Shown here one piece after another: positions 27,656 to 45,776 of a stretch of 64,000 nucleotides of DNA. Position 1 is the stretch's first letter. Each line of letters opens with the position of its first letter. The stretch lies in the NCBI RefSeq assembly GCF_009914755.1, contig NC_060942.1; one strand, 5' to 3'. Both the position numbers and the translations under genes were made by a program. Below the pieces are notes generated by a model. That model made no database searches and had not been told where the DNA came from. It worked only from the letters and a program-made list of their open reading frames with translations. This DNA comes from the human T2T-CHM13v2.0 reference genome, Homo sapiens.

Positions 27656-30600
27656 TGTTTTAACAAACAGAAGCTATTATTTTTATTTACAGAGTGAGTT
27701 TTTTAAAAGAGGGCAAATAGAGAAAGATGTGACTAAAAAGTGATAAAATGAGAAATAAAAATCTGGGGACTTCAAACATGAATTTCCTTTATATCAAGAT
27801 GGTTTCAAGTGTTTGTTCTACTTGTTTTCTGCTCAAATTATGTTATCCAGTTAGTAATTCATCATTCTATCAGTAGAAAGTTTTGGTTATGTTACATGCA
27901 CTGAGAGTGATCTTCTGCTTTGCTAGGTTTTATTTTCCCTCTCCTTATGTTCACTAAAATCTCCTTCTTCTTTCAGGCTACTTCACTGCTTTCTCCCTGT
28001 CCTTTCTTCACCAAATTTATATGCTTAGGGAGAATCTACATTTAATTTTATTTCTAGGTGAAGAAAATAATGTCCTATTCACAAGCCAGTAATGGTTTAC
28101 TAGTAATGACAGGGCAAATTCCAAACTCTTCAATCTGTTTTTTAAAATCTCCAATCTCTACTTTGACTTCCAAATGCTATTTCCAGTTACACCCACCCCA
28201 CCTCTTCTCACTTAAATTCACGATGCTTGTTACAACAATTTTACTAATGATAGATGAGTTATAGTCCATTTTGTGCTATCTCTTATTTTAATGTCATGTT
28301 GCCACATATTTAACTTTACTATCTTTCTAAGTAAACTGTCCCAATACAATATCACTTTTCCTGTCTTATGCTTAACACAATACCATGTATTTAAGTGTTT
28401 TTATAATTTTAAAAATACATGTCACACATTAAGTAATTGAACAAATAAATGAATAGGTTAATTAATAAATAGGAGAAATAAAGGATTTAATATTTTATAA
28501 AGTCCGCTAACCACAATCAAAATACACATATCAGTCATAGTATCATCATGTACTCTGCCTGATTTGAAGTACATATCATTCATTGAAATTTGCATCACAT
28601 TCATTTTTTTAATTAGGAGAAATTTGGGCAATATTTAAATGAAGGAAACTCCTGAAATGGACTTAAGGTAAAGAATTTAATAAGAAAAATCACTGACTCT
28701 CAGAAATAGAAGGGAAGAAACAAGGGAAGATATGGTTTTTTGAGTTTCAACACCTAAAGTCAAATCAATTCAGACTGAAGTATGTTCACCGACCCTCTAG
28801 TCATATACTTGGATGTATAGCAGCATGGCAAATAGAACCTACGGCCTTTATTTCAGGCTGGTGTTCTCTGAGTGATACAATATCTTCTTCTGTAACTGTT
28901 TTTCAAGTTCATTTTGTCAATTATATGTGCCAGTCAATAATTTATTTGATCTAACTCTGTCCTGAGCAGCTAATATGGAGGAATTTTATTTCCATTTTAC
29001 AGATCAGGAAATAGATACAAGAGATCAAAGTCTTTGCCTGAACATCCACATGTAACATCCACCAAACATCTTAATTGTTGCACATGGTATCCTAGAACAG
29101 ACGTATTATTTGTTCCACTTTGTCATTTTTACCTGACTTTTCATGACGAATTTTATCCATCTCAAGGATAAAGGGGATAAATTTAGTGGGGGGAAGAACA
29201 AAACTCAGAATGGAGGCTTCCCACAATGACCATTATTCTAACATTTCAGAAATTAACTAGAGAAAGGACAAATTCAAGGTATTATATTGTGTGTTTGTAT
29301 TGCATGCTTGTAATTAATGTAGACCTATTAGTCTGAGTTTTGTCTGTAGAAATAAATTCCCAGCTGTTGGCTACCTAGAAGGAACCACCATGGCAGTCTC
29401 TCCATCTCACAATGAACCCATGTTAACTCAGAAGCCAAGCAAGACAGAATGAGGAAGGAAATTTCTGCTGCAGCAAATGTGAGAGAATACAATCTGAAGA
29501 CAATGTGAATAATCTCTCTTTCTTTGAATCAGTCATGCAACTGTTCCTATTAGCACATGTAATTGAGATGGGGATGTGTATGCAAATGAGTGACTACTTC
29601 AACACTGAAATTCAGATATTCTCAAGTTACACTGTTTTGTAATAAAATAATATAACAACATAAAGTCACCAGCACATGTATAATAAAGAATAGTTAAATA
29701 CCAGTTAGACAGAAAGACTTAACTTGGACTTCTAGAAACCTCTTAATACGATGCATTTACTCACAGATTCTGAAAGCACATTGAGGAACTGGAAGTAATC
29801 TGTTCATATTCGTTTTATAGACTAACAGAAAAAAATGACTCTCAACATGTTCTAAAAATAGGAACTTTAGACCATAGGCATTCAAAAAATTTTTATGACT
29901 TTCTTTTCGAATTTTCTATTCCTCTATTTGTCCTTTTACCTTCAGTTTATAGGACTACCAAGTTCTTGTTTTTCATTGATTAAAATTAGGTTAGCATCAT
30001 TTCAATCAAGAACACTGTAGGTAAGAACAATAAAAATTCTCATGGAAATGATTAATTATAATTTAGCCAAGAAAACTATGTTTTAAATAAATATTATTCT
30101 ACACCTTTAAAATTCAGAGATTTATTTATAATTTTTTGATTTAATTGGAAAGTTCCACAGGGCTTCAAAAGTTTAAAAATGAAAGAGAAAAAAAAGAAAT
30201 AGCAATAGCTCAAGGATTATTTTGCATAACATCATACAACAAGCAGGTGTTTGCAAGATCAATTTACAATAGGGACCACAGTACCCACCTAGGTTGGATG
30301 ACTTCCAACCTATTTCCAATTAAAACTTACCTAATCATAAATAAGAGATAAAAGCTTCCTAACCAGCACAATAAATAATAGATCTTAAAATAATGTACTT
30401 GAGGCTATGTTTAGAGACAGTAAATGAATTCTCTTTAGGTTAGAAAAATGTTAGAAAGGGATTTGAGGTCAGGTTCTCCAGGAAGCCATTAAAATATTGT
30501 CTTTTTCAGCATTGACTCTGATAGTTTACAATATAAACTGCTGAATCACTAAGAAATTTATAATGTGAGTTGTGCCTTGCCAGACACTGCAATGAGGCAT

Positions 30601-30967
30601 CTATTTTTCAGCCCCTTTGAAAGATTCAATTAACATAGTTGACTGGCAATAAACAGGCATGGAATGAGCAGCATGAAATAGCTTGGTCAAGTTGGACAGA
30701 AGACCTGGGCATATTGACTGCTCTAGATCAGGGGGTCTTCATATTTATTATGCCTGATTCAAAATAGACATTCTTATTATATTATTTTCATGGAAGAATT
30801 TCAAGGAATGTTTTGATGACAAAGACCTACAGAAGAAACGTAAAGAGAAAACCTGCCTGATCCTCTGTATACTGGAAACAGTTTTTGGAAGTTGAAGAAA
30901 AAATAAGAGTATAAAGAAGAAGGAGCAGAAGGAAAAGGAAATCTTGCAACTTCCACATCCCTCCTGA

Positions 30968-31399
30968 TATAGGTGGAATTGTGTCCTGCAATAAAAACAT
31001 GCTGAAAGTCCTATGCCCCATGTTTGTAAATGTGACATTATTTGTAAATAGGGTCTTTGCAGATGTAATCTAATTAGGAGGAGGCTTTTAAGGTAGACTC
31101 TAATACAATATTATTAGTGTCCTTGTAAGAAGAGGAAAATTTGGATGCAGACATACACACAAAGGGAAGATGGCCATGAGAAGATGGAGACAGGAATTGG
31201 AATTACAGTGCCACAAACCAAAGAATGCCTGAGGTTACCAGAGGCTCAAAGAGACAAGGAAGGATATTCCTTTAGAACCTTTTAAAAAAGTATGTCTCTG
31301 TAAATACCTTAGTTTTGGACTTCTACCTGCCAGTGTCATGATACAATCAAAGTACGCTGTTTTGAGCCACCTAGTTTTTAGCCCTAGGAAACTAATGCA
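30968..31399 (+). mobile_element. MLT1C-like MaLR solo LTR
   Basis: 'aatagggtctttgcagatgtaat', 'gtgtccttgtaagaagagg', 'gacaaggaagga', end 'gccctaggaaactaatgca'. Confidence 0.88.
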
Positions 31400-31644
31400 G
31401 CTCATTTGAATCATCCATAGAATTTGGAAAGACTGGCATCACAGCCCACCCTGCTTGACTGAAGGGGTTTAAAGCAGCTTGATTCCACAAGACTTGGCTC
31501 AAATGGTGACACTGCCTTAGAAGTATGGAATAACAAGTCACCATCAAACAATGCTCCAGCACTGATGTCTCTACAGAGATGCTGCTCTTTCATCTTTTTT
31601 TTAAATAGGACTTAACAATTGAAGACCAAGTGCCCAAACCCCTT

Positions 31645-32142
31645 GTATCAGCCAAAGTGCGATCTTAAAAACATAAAACTTAATGTAGTGCTATCTTGAA
31701 AACATAAACTTTATTAAATCAAAGGAATTTAAATAACAGAAACATGTTGCACAAGAAATAGAAGAGCTAATGAAAATCAGATAGTAATGAGGCAATCCAC
31801 AGATTGGGAACAGCACTAAACTGCTACTAACTTCAGGCCTGAAGGGACACTTTAAGCAGTGGTAGTACCAGAACTGGGGCTATTCAATGTGACTATAGGA
31901 CCACACAGGTCCTGACTGGTAGGAGCTGGAGCCACAAAGGAGGTGCAAATGGAGAGAGTTGTCCTGGCTGCTCCCTGTCTGTCAACTGCCTATCTCTGGC
32001 CAGTGCCTCATATTGGCCAAAATCTACTCAGGGAATAGTTTAGTTTGAAAAATGCAGTCTGCAGTGGCAGACATCATGATGAAAATGAAACAGGGAAAAG
32101 GCAACGAATGAATCTGAAAGCAAACAGGTAATGAATGGCACA
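31645..32142 (-). mobile_element. Old ERVL/MaLR-type LTR, family uncertain
   Basis: tgt...aca termini; 'aaggaatttaa', 'ccagtgcctcatattggccaaa', 'gaatctgaaagcaaacagg..tggcaca'. Confidence 0.5.
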
Positions 32143-32648
32143 TTCTTCTCTCTTCCATAATGGTCTTACTAGTCCTTTAATCTTCACATTTATTTACTCA
32201 ACAAACATTCACTGAATGCATACTTTATACTAAGCATTGACAGTTTTCAGTGACACACATATATAGTATATCTGTAGATACATACAATATACACTATATT
32301 TATATCTGTGTATGTATATACACTATATATACTATATCTGTATGTGTGAGATATAGTATATATAGTATCTTTCCTCATGAATTCAAATGTCTAGGAAAGA
32401 AGGTAGACATTACATAAATAAACTCAAAGATAAACACCTAATTCTAAGGTGAACATGATTTACTCTTTATAACAGAAAGGAGGCAGTACTTTGGGAGTGG
32501 ATAACTGGGAGAACCCAGGGAGCACTGGGGAGTTAGCGATGTCCTCACTAAGGAAGTGATTCTGAAGGAAAAATATGGGCATAGGCCATCCTCCCATCAA
32601 TTTAGAAAAGAGCTTTCCAGGCATAGGAAAGATTCCAACTTGAGAAAG

Positions 32649-33128
32649 TGGGATGGTTAATTTCATATATCAACATGATTGGACCATTGGGTGTCCATTG
32701 GTAAAACAGCATTCTGGGTGTTTCTGTGAGGATGTTTTTGGATGAGATTAACATTTAAATCAATAGGCTGAATAAAGGAGATTGCCATTCTTAATGTGGG
32801 TGAGCCTCACCCAATAGGTTTAAAGCCTGAATAGATCAAAAGGTTGACCTTGCTGTGAATAAGGGGAAATTCCTTCTGTATAAGTGCTTTGAATCTGGAA
32901 GATCAGTTTTTTCCTGCCTCCACGTTCATGATGAAACATTGGCTCTTCCCAGGTCTGAAGCATGCCAGCCTTTGGATTAAAACTCACACCATCAGTTTTC
33001 CTGATCCTCAGGCCTTCAGACTTGTTCTAGATCTACACCATTGGCCCTCCTGTTCTCCAACTTGCCAAATGTAGATCTTGGGACTTGTCAGATTCCACAA
33101 TTTTATGAGCCAAATTCTTGTAATAAAT

Positions 33129-33168
<40 letters not shown>

Positions 33169-33212
33169 TATTTCTATTGGTTCAGTTTATCCAAAGAATG
33201 CTGAATAATACA
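32649..33212 (+). mobile_element. MLT2B-like ERVL solo LTR
   Basis: 'tgggatggttaattt..tctgggtgtttctgtgagg..gatgagattaacattt' ... 'ctattggttc..taataca'; 5-bp TSD gaaag/gaagg. Confidence 0.9.
33130..33167. repeat. (TATC)n tetranucleotide STR
   Basis: About 9 units inside the MLT2 3' region. Confidence 0.95.
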
Positions 33213-35190
33213 GAAGGTAATGGGGATGTTTGAGAATTTGAAGAAAGGCCAATTGGCTTAAGCATTGTGACCATGGGAGACAGAGGCACAAGATGATACT
33301 GAAGAAGTATGTAGGACTCAAGCATGCAGGATCATTGGGCCATGTTTTTCAGTTTGGATTTTATTCTAATATAATGAGGAAATCATTTAATAATTGAAGC
33401 AGAGAGTGAGGGACCTGAATCAAATCCAATTTTAAAGAAAATTATTTCTGGATGCATTGATGAGAAGAAATTATAGGAGAAGGAAGTAAGAGTTAAACGA
33501 AACATACCAGGTAGGAAATACTGAAATTGTCCAGGAAGGAGATGATGTTGTATAACTAGAGCATACGATGTGGAGAGATGTGAACAGAGTTGCAACGTAT
33601 TTTTAGGTAAAATTAACAGGACTTGATGAATTCAAATGGGCTTCATAGACTCATCAATGTACAGTCAAAATGTTCATATTTCTGAAAAGATTCTAGGATT
33701 GCAAGTTCACCACAAACCCTGAAGTGAGTGCCTCTGGGAAAGATGAATACTGTTTTCATTGCACATGGTACCAGCTCCCCAGCTGATCCAGTTTATTTAA
33801 TCAAATCATTAGTCTCATAAGATGCTGTTTCTGGACTAACCAACCATTTGACTGACTGCATTTAGTTTGCAAATGGTAGACTTTTAATAAATATTTGATT
33901 GAACCAAATTAATTTCTAAAATGAATGCTTATGTATACATCCATGCCCAAAGGTCCTTATATTGAAAACTATCATTAATCTAAGGATTAATCTCACAACA
34001 GGATTATTCAAACAGCCCAGGTTTTATATAATGGTGAAATCAAACTTGGAGCTAAATGCATATTATTTCAGGTCTCTTCTGACTGTATTTAACTAGTGAG
34101 GAATTAGCTATTTTTGAGTATATCAAAACCAAATATCACAGATGCAGAAAAGTGTCGAATGTGTTGACTGGACTCAGGGCCCCTACCCTCCTCCAGCCAG
34201 TCTTCTCATTCCTTCCCTTGCTGCCATTCCCTTTTCCTGCTGGCATCCTTTTTCTTTCTCAGAATTAACTCCAAACTCAGTGATTAAAATCAGTATATAC
34301 CATCTCTTCCCTGCTACACGTTTATAATTTATACACTGTGTATGTGCAAAATTCATTGAGAAAATGAATGAATAAGAATGGTTCAAAATAGAACTAACAA
34401 CTCCATATAATAGTAAGTTACTGACTACTAATGTCCTCAAGTAGATGCTGAATGACTGTCTATTAGAGATTGGTGGAGGGTATTAATTACTAACAAAGAG
34501 ACTGGAGAAGATAATATTAACTTTTTACTTCAAAGGCTAATGTTTCGTGATTGAGGAAAATTAAGCAATGTACATTTAAACACAATAAATCCAGTAGTTA
34601 AACTAACACTTTTATTTTAGCTATACCCCTTGTTAAGGAATAAAAAATAAAGTCCAAGAGGGAGAAGCATTTTTAGTGTAGTAGCCCAAAAGCTGCCTCA
34701 ATTTATCTCTTTTTATAGAAATAAACTTAATTATTTACAATTAAATTCGAATTTAAAAATAATTAAACTCAGCGTTAATAGGATTGTGTTGGTTCATTCC
34801 ATGACTTGTATGAGACCTTTTCAGATAACTAATCTAATTCAATTTTGAAAGCAGCCCTGATAGACACATATTACAATCTCCATTTTACCTCTGAGAAAAC
34901 ATGCTAAAAATGGTTAAGGAGCATCTTCAATAACACACAACGTGTACATTGCAAAGCTAACATATGATCTCAGATGTCACATCATGCTACAGCTGTCTCA
35001 AGTACTATATTATTGTAAGAATAGTTTTTGACATGTTATATTATTTAAAGTAATATAATTTGGGTGTAGTGAAATACTGTGTTCCTAAGTTATATAAGGA
35101 ATGCGCATTCCCATGTTATCGGACCTGACAGGGTACAAACAATATCCACTGCCACAATTTAATGGGAAAAAAAGAGATTAGTATATTCTA

Positions 35191-37930
<2,740 letters not shown>

Positions 37931-39137
37931 AGCATTGGGTACCTTTTACATCTCAATTTAGAGGATAAGTGAAAGTGTTTACAGAAACTCTTTTTAAATA
38001 AAGAGTTATTGGTATGAAAAAGACACACTTTTAAACTTTGTCCTGCTACCTTTCTTTTGTTCATATCTGAGCAAGCCAGAAATCACACAGCTGAGTACTA
38101 AATTCTTCCAAAAACCCTTGTTTTTCCCTGTTCCCTGGTTGCTTATCTCCTTCCTCTCTATGAGATCATACGATGCCTGTCAGTCATGGTGATGGGGAAG
38201 GGAAGAGCCAAGAGGGACTGTTTATCTGAAGAGAGCAGAGCTCCCTGTGTTTCAGCATCTTCTGTCTCTCAGATAGTGTTTGTTTTCTGTCATCGCCTGA
38301 TGACCTTGCAGTTTTCTCTGATTTTTATTCATGTGCCACACACAGAATTTCAATGCAAAGGCCAAAAAGAGTCTAGAGGTCAAAGGTACTTTCAGTAACA
38401 AAAGGTTTATTTTTGCTAAGAGTTTTCTGTCTGTCATAGATAGGGACCCAAGTGATATGGTAGATTTGGCCACATAGTATAGAAACAACATTGAGGGTTA
38501 TATATTATATATTTTTTCCTTTGAATATGAAGTTGAAATGACTGATCCAGTGGCAGTTGTGGGTGGGTTTGGGGACATTTATCCAGTGATGAGGACAGAA
38601 CAACCCTGAGTCATCTATACCTTAACTTATCTTCAGTGTTATCCCTGTCATTTGTAAGCTCTACGGTCAGGGGTGATATGGTTTGTGTTAGTGAAAGAGA
38701 GAAAAACTAAAATACCTCCACAATAGGCCTCGAACTGTGATTGTTACTTCATCAGGCTCATAAAAAAGTTTATTTTAAAATAGATACTGAAATAAATTTT
38801 TAATGCAAAATGCCAAACTGGCCACAGTGAGAGTCAACATTTCCAGATCCCATTTTTACTTTTGGTTTTAAATGGCTGTATGGTCCCAGAAATATAATTA
38901 ATCACTTATTAACTGCCTCAAAACTGATAAAATGAAATGTTTATTCTCTCTTCTATGCCTCATACATCTTAACTCCATCATGCTGGAAATCTGGATGAAG
39001 AGCAGAATGTGAAAAACTCACATATTTCACACACACAACTTTGGTAATTTGTAGATTCATATTCCTATGTCGTGAATCTTTACATTATGTAATTTTGGTA
39101 TTATGGAGACAAAGTTAGAAGCTGGCTATCAGTTTAA

Positions 39138-39481
<344 letters not shown>

Positions 39482-40440
39482 CAATCAAAATTCTAGACTG
39501 ATTCCTACAAAAGGAAATGAAAATTCTTTAAAGATCTCAATCCCAGTCAAAGTAAAAGAGAGGAAAGTAATATAAAGCAACAAGAGGTAATGTCCTTATT
39601 GTCAAAAAATTATACAGTTCGGGCAAACTTCATGGAAAGTGATAGTTGGAAACTTAAAATGCTACATTGTGATATTTTACACCTGTATCCAATTTTCATA
39701 AAAATTCAGAAACAGAAGCAAATTAAACTTGTAAGTATGATCCTCCCTAATTGAATACAATCATTCCAACAGCATTATGACCAGAGTTGCTACCTTCTGG
39801 CCTCAAACCTGTTTATGCCACTTAATATTTTATTATCTTTGATGAAGCAAAACAAACAATTCACAAGAAAAAAAATGAATAATAGGTGGAAGTCATTTGT
39901 GTTGACAGTATTGAGGCATGATATTTATAGACAAACCCACCCAAAATGACCATGTTTTCTCTCTAGTATATTCACTATAAAGAAAAACATCCCCTTCACT
40001 TTGCACCCGAGCCATGATTGATGGGCAGTGCCAATCACTTCATGGAGCTTGTTGATGTTTGCTGTCATGGCTGAAGCTCTGTGAAGTTTGTAACAGAGTG
40101 TCAGGCAGCGTTCCAGTTTGTTGGTGGTTTTCCTTAAATAAGGTGGAATCTAGTAATGAATGGGACGTAAACTAGAGAAGGCACCATAAACTGCAGTGGG
40201 ATCTCCCTCAAACCAACTCCACGGCCAGGCTGACACAGTATTAAGTTCCTGCGATGAAGAATCTTTTAGGATTTGTTGCTGAATATAAGACTGATTATAA
40301 ATAGATGAACTATTTTCTTGGCATTTTTAAGAAATTTGATTCAGGAAGTAAGTACCCCATGACGCTTGTATATTCCACAGGACTTAATTACTTAAGAGTT
40401 CATGGCATCATTTATTATACCAAGATTAAATTAAAATGTC

Positions 40441-40745
<305 letters not shown>

Positions 40746-40931
40746 TTAAAATGTCCATCATCCTTAGTTTTTATTGAACAACTACTAACTGCGTTGATAA
40801 TTATTCTTAATATATCAGAGATTATGTCAAGTGCTTTGGCATTTGAATATATGACATAATCTTTGCCTTTAAGGCATTTGCAATCCAATACTTATAAGAT
40901 GTATTTAGATACATGGGATGGTTCAAGCACT

Positions 40932-41211
40932 TTTTTAAATTATAATTTAAGTTCTGGGGTATATGTGCAGAATGTGCAGGTTTGTTACATAGGTATACAC
41001 GTCCCATGGTGGTTTGCTGCACCCATCAACCCGTCATCTCCATTAGGTATTGCTCCTAATGCTATCCCTCCCCTAGCCCCCAACCCCGCAACAGGCCCCG
41101 GCGTGTGATGCCCCTCCCGCCCCCCGCCCTGCCTTGTCCACGTGTTCTCATTGTTCAACTCCCACTTATGAGTGAGAACAGGCGGTGTTTGGTTTTCTGT
41201 TCTTGTGTTGG
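40932..41211 (-). mobile_element. L1PA6-like 3' end
   Basis: 3'UTR 'gcacccatcaacccgtcatct..ccctcccctagccccc'; TSD-like tcaagcacttttt / tcaaacacattttt. Confidence 0.92.
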
Positions 41212-43590
41212 TCAAACACATTTTTATGAGAATAAAGACCCATTTGTTTTTCCATGGAAATTAGAAAGGTTTCTATGATTTGTCAGTATTTGAGACGAAC
41301 TGTAAAGGTTTGGAAGGCTTGCTAAATAGTACATGAGGTATATATATTTGACCTATGAAAACATCATAACTTAAAATGTGAAGGTCAAAAATTGCATGAG
41401 TGAAAAATAGTGAGTTAAGCTTATGTGAAAGGTTATATAGAATATAAATGTATATTGGCATATCTATCTAAGCTTTTCCTAGATTTAAGTGAGAAATTTT
41501 ATTGTCAAGTAAAATATCATGTTGTTTTCTCAGGAAAAGAAAAAAGACTTAAGGGACAAGAAAATAATGGTCAGTGAGGGAGAAAACATATTCTAGAATT
41601 CGATTGTGGATAAATTTTTACTTTAATTCCAGGATTTTCTTTGTAACAAAATTTTATAGCTAATGGGCAGGATCATTAAAGGAGAATTTTTGTGTTAATT
41701 GCCACTGTTTTCTAATATGAACTCTCTGCTCTTGTCAGTCAATTTAAAAAGAAAAGCACCTACAGCCTCAATATCTAATGCAATAATAGCTTTCTCCATG
41801 GTTTTGATGATGGTTTTTGCTCTGTTTACAATGGACAAATCCTGCTCTTTTGAGATCTGCTTCTATATTCAATTCAGGCAGAAAGCTGGTTTCTTCTCCA
41901 GACCCTCCTTCCAGAATGTAGCTCCCACCACCAGCATGTGCATTGACCAAAGAGTAGTGGTTTGTGCAGAGTGAGGAAGGAGCTTTAATATGTGAACTAA
42001 GGTAGTAACTTTATTTTGGCAGAAGAGGTGTCACTTGAAGTATGGTGCAGAGCCAGCAGTGCATAGAAATAAAATACTGTAGTAGAAGATGGGCTGTTAT
42101 TAGGCTCTCTCCGAGCCCAGCATCCTAATGCAACTACAAGGACTCTGAAAATCCCGAATTCAAACTTGGCCCTCTGGGTTGTTATGAGGGCTTATACCTT
42201 TTAAATACCTACACATATTGTATGTGGGTCTCCATTTATGTGCTTGTTCTTGACCCTGCAACTGTTGTTAGTTGTTTTTGTGAATAATGAATTATGTATA
42301 ACATTTATTATTACACTGCTTTATATGATGATTTACCTGATTTTATTATATCTTGTTTCTTCAAGTAGAGTTTATGCTCCTTGAAGGTGGATACTATATT
42401 GTGAATAACCCAGCAAAATATTATACATATAATTTTTAATCTATAACTACTTTGACTGAATTGAGAAAAGAACATTATTCCACCAGCCAATATCCTAAAT
42501 TGTACAATTGTAGACTATGTTGATGTTTTATTATGGTGGGGACTTTCCTCTATTGTATGAATATATGAAAACATTCCCTATAAAGATTGCTTTCAAAAAA
42601 TTCCTTATTTGCTTAAAAATAAACACAGTTTCTCTGTTATTTTAGGGCATTGAAAGAGTAGAGAGGAATTTTAATAGAATAAATCAAGGCTTCCAAATGT
42701 CAGGAGAATAGCACTTAGAATAACATTCTTTTCAGCTTGATAGAATGAACATTTAGATTAGTAAAGACATGATTTTTATTAAAATTCAGCGTCATTATTT
42801 ATAATACATCCTCAGTTTCTATTAGGATCATTTTATATATAATAAGAGGAACTAGGTACCTCTTTGGGGTCATTTCAGGGACATTTTGAAGGACATTTTT
42901 TTTCAGCAAATGTCATGGTGTCTAAAAATTTACCATTTCATTCTACCATTAATCATCATCACCTTTTCTGTGTAGTCCTTCTAAAAAATACAAACAAACT
43001 AGAGAAAAGTATAGCATGATGTTACTCTTGCCTTGGTGTTGGTGTGCTTATCTTGTGCTCCCAATACCTTGAGGAAATAAGAGAGCAGTGTATTAAGTCG
43101 CTGCCACACACAAGCATTGGCATCACAAGCTGCAATCAAATGTGGTAGTAAGTCTCAGATTCCGTGGTGTGTCTAATTCTAACCTTTGAGACATACGTTA
43201 ACAGGTAACATATGTGCTTAACCATTAGAAAGTGATTTTTTTACAGCTATGATGAATAGGCCCCCAAAAGACTACCAGGCATGGTTTATGATATTGTAGA
43301 GATTGGAAATGAGCATAGTGCCTTGCAATTAATGCAACCAATGTGATCTCACCTATGTGAGCAAACTAGGAGAGTTGTTCTTCTTCTTATAGGTGTTACA
43401 CTTCTATTACTGCAGGCTAAAATCAGAATTCTCTTTCTTCATCTTCTTTCCTCTGTCACCATAATTACGTGGTTCTCCAATCTTTTCCTTAATGCCTCCA
43501 CCTAAAAATTGGCTACACTCCAGTTATTATATTTAAGATAGTTTTTCAATGATTTCTCTGCTTCTTCTCACTTATAAAAAAAGACTTAAC

Positions 43591-43719
43591 TGAGGCAGGA
43601 GAATGGCATGAACCCGGGAGGCGGAGCTTGCAGTGACCTCAGATCACGCCACTGCACTCCCGCCTAGGCGGCAGAGGGAGACTCTGTCTCAAAAACTAAA
43701 TAAATAAATAAATAAATAA
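43591..43719 (+). mobile_element. 5'-truncated AluY (right arm only)
   Basis: 'gagaatggcatgaacccgggaggcggagcttgcag', (TAAA)n tail, TSD gacttaac. Confidence 0.92.
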
Positions 43720-44918
43720 TGACTTAACAGGATCCCTCTTTCACAGCTGAAATCACAACTAATCATAACTAAAGGATTTTCAAGTTCTTTTCTGAGTTTT
43801 GTTACTTTCTTTTCTTTTAAATGATACAGAAAAACATATATTTTATTCTCCCACATAATTATTTCACACTGTTTCTTTGAATGATGATTCTTTGACAGTT
43901 TTACTTAAAATTCTTTGTTGCATTTTCATTGGCAGTATCATGTCTAATTTTATGTGACAACTTGTTCAGGTGATAATGCCAGGGTCCCCTAAAATAGTTA
44001 CACATGCTTTCTCCTGGGGATAATACAGTTTATAGAAATGTCCATAGACCTTGATACACATGTGTTCATCCAGGCATCTTAGATAGTTTCAAAGACTGGA
44101 AGTCTACCACAACTACCACTGAGGGATAAGAAAACCTACCATCTTGCCTTATTCTGTCCATCACTCTGGAATGGAGACATTTCCTTCATTCCCCTCTTAG
44201 TTGCTTGTAGAAAAGGAACATTGCATCCCCAAGGAGAGGGTTACATATTCTTAAGACTCCTAAGACCGAGCCATGGGCTGGATTTTCCTCCTCCATGACT
44301 GGAAACCCATATGTTGGTTATTTTCTGAACCATTCCTTACCTTGCCTTTCCCTTATAGTACTGGTCAACTGTACTCTCCTGCTTGGCTATGCCAACACAG
44401 TTAGTTTCTATATTTGGGTCATTTTCTATATCACTACATTGCCCAGAAGTCAGGTACCATATCAGGTCTTGACCACCTCCTCATCATTCCCTGACAAAGA
44501 CTCTTGGATTCATGCTTAGAATTAAGCATGAGACCAATTGCATTAATCTAAAGAGCAGCCACTTTTTAAGATGTATATTGCACATTTGGCATACATTGAG
44601 CATGTGGTGAATTAAAGGCTTTTATCTTTTTTTGACACGTTGGCTTTTAAGTCTTCCACCTTTATGATATGCTTTTGTGGTTTGTATTTTAACTAAACGT
44701 TTTTGCTGTGATTACATTTTATTTGGCCAAGCATTCCAGCCTGTAAAGAAGTTTTCTTCAACTGCACTTTTTACCATCCCTCCTAGCAAGCTCCATGCCC
44801 AGAGGAAAAAATAAAATGCTTGGACTTGGACTCAAGTTGCATGTCCACCACTGACTGACTGTGAGCCTCCAACTAGTCACTTCCTCTCTGTGAATTGGAT
44901 TTTTTTTTTAAGAGAGCT

Positions 44919-45222
44919 GCCAGGCGTAGTGACTAACACCTGTAGTCCCAGCACTTTTGAGAGGCTGAGGCAGGAGGACCACTTAAGCCCAAACATTTGA
45001 GATCAGCCTGGGCAACATAATGAGAACTTACCTATACAAAAAATCAAAAAATTAGCCAGGTGTGGTGGCATGCACCTGTGGTCCCAGCCACACAGAAGGC
45101 TGAGGCAGGAGGATCTCTTGGGACCAGGAAGTTGAGCCTGCAGTGAACCGTGTTCACACCCCTGCACTCCAACCTGGGTGACACAGGGAGACCCATTCTC
45201 AAAAAATAAAAATTTTTTAAAA
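44919..45222 (+). mobile_element. AluJ
   Basis: 'gaggcaggaggaccacttaagccc', 'cagcctgggcaacata', 'ggaggatctcttg'. Confidence 0.92.
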
Positions 45223-45420
45223 AGAGAGAGGGCCAATACTATAACTCCACAAGGCTTGGATCAAGTTTCATATAATACAACATATTCATAACACTGACCA
45301 GAATACCTGCTTAATAATAGCAAAAAAAAGTGACAAACCATCAAAATCCCATACAAACAAAACAGTTTGTTTTCAAAGTCCACATACTCCTACAAAATAC
45401 ACATGACTTTTCTGATTTTA

Positions 45421-45748
<328 letters not shown>

Positions 45749-45776
45749 AACTTATCTGATTTTAATGATGATACTA

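Larger units (their letters stand above)
32185..33630 (-). mobile_element. L2 remnant interrupted by MLT2
   Basis: 'tttactcaacaaacattcactgaatgcatact'; 'agctttccaggcataggaaa'; 'ggattttattctaa'. Confidence 0.75.

Noticed and set aside
40012-40045. 'ggcagtg' and 'caatcact', reminiscent of miR-34 family arms
   Set aside because: The motifs are adjacent, with no full mature sequence or pre-miRNA stem.
40131-40144. CArG-like 'ccttaaataagg'
   Set aside because: Eight A/T bases between CC and GG rather than six.
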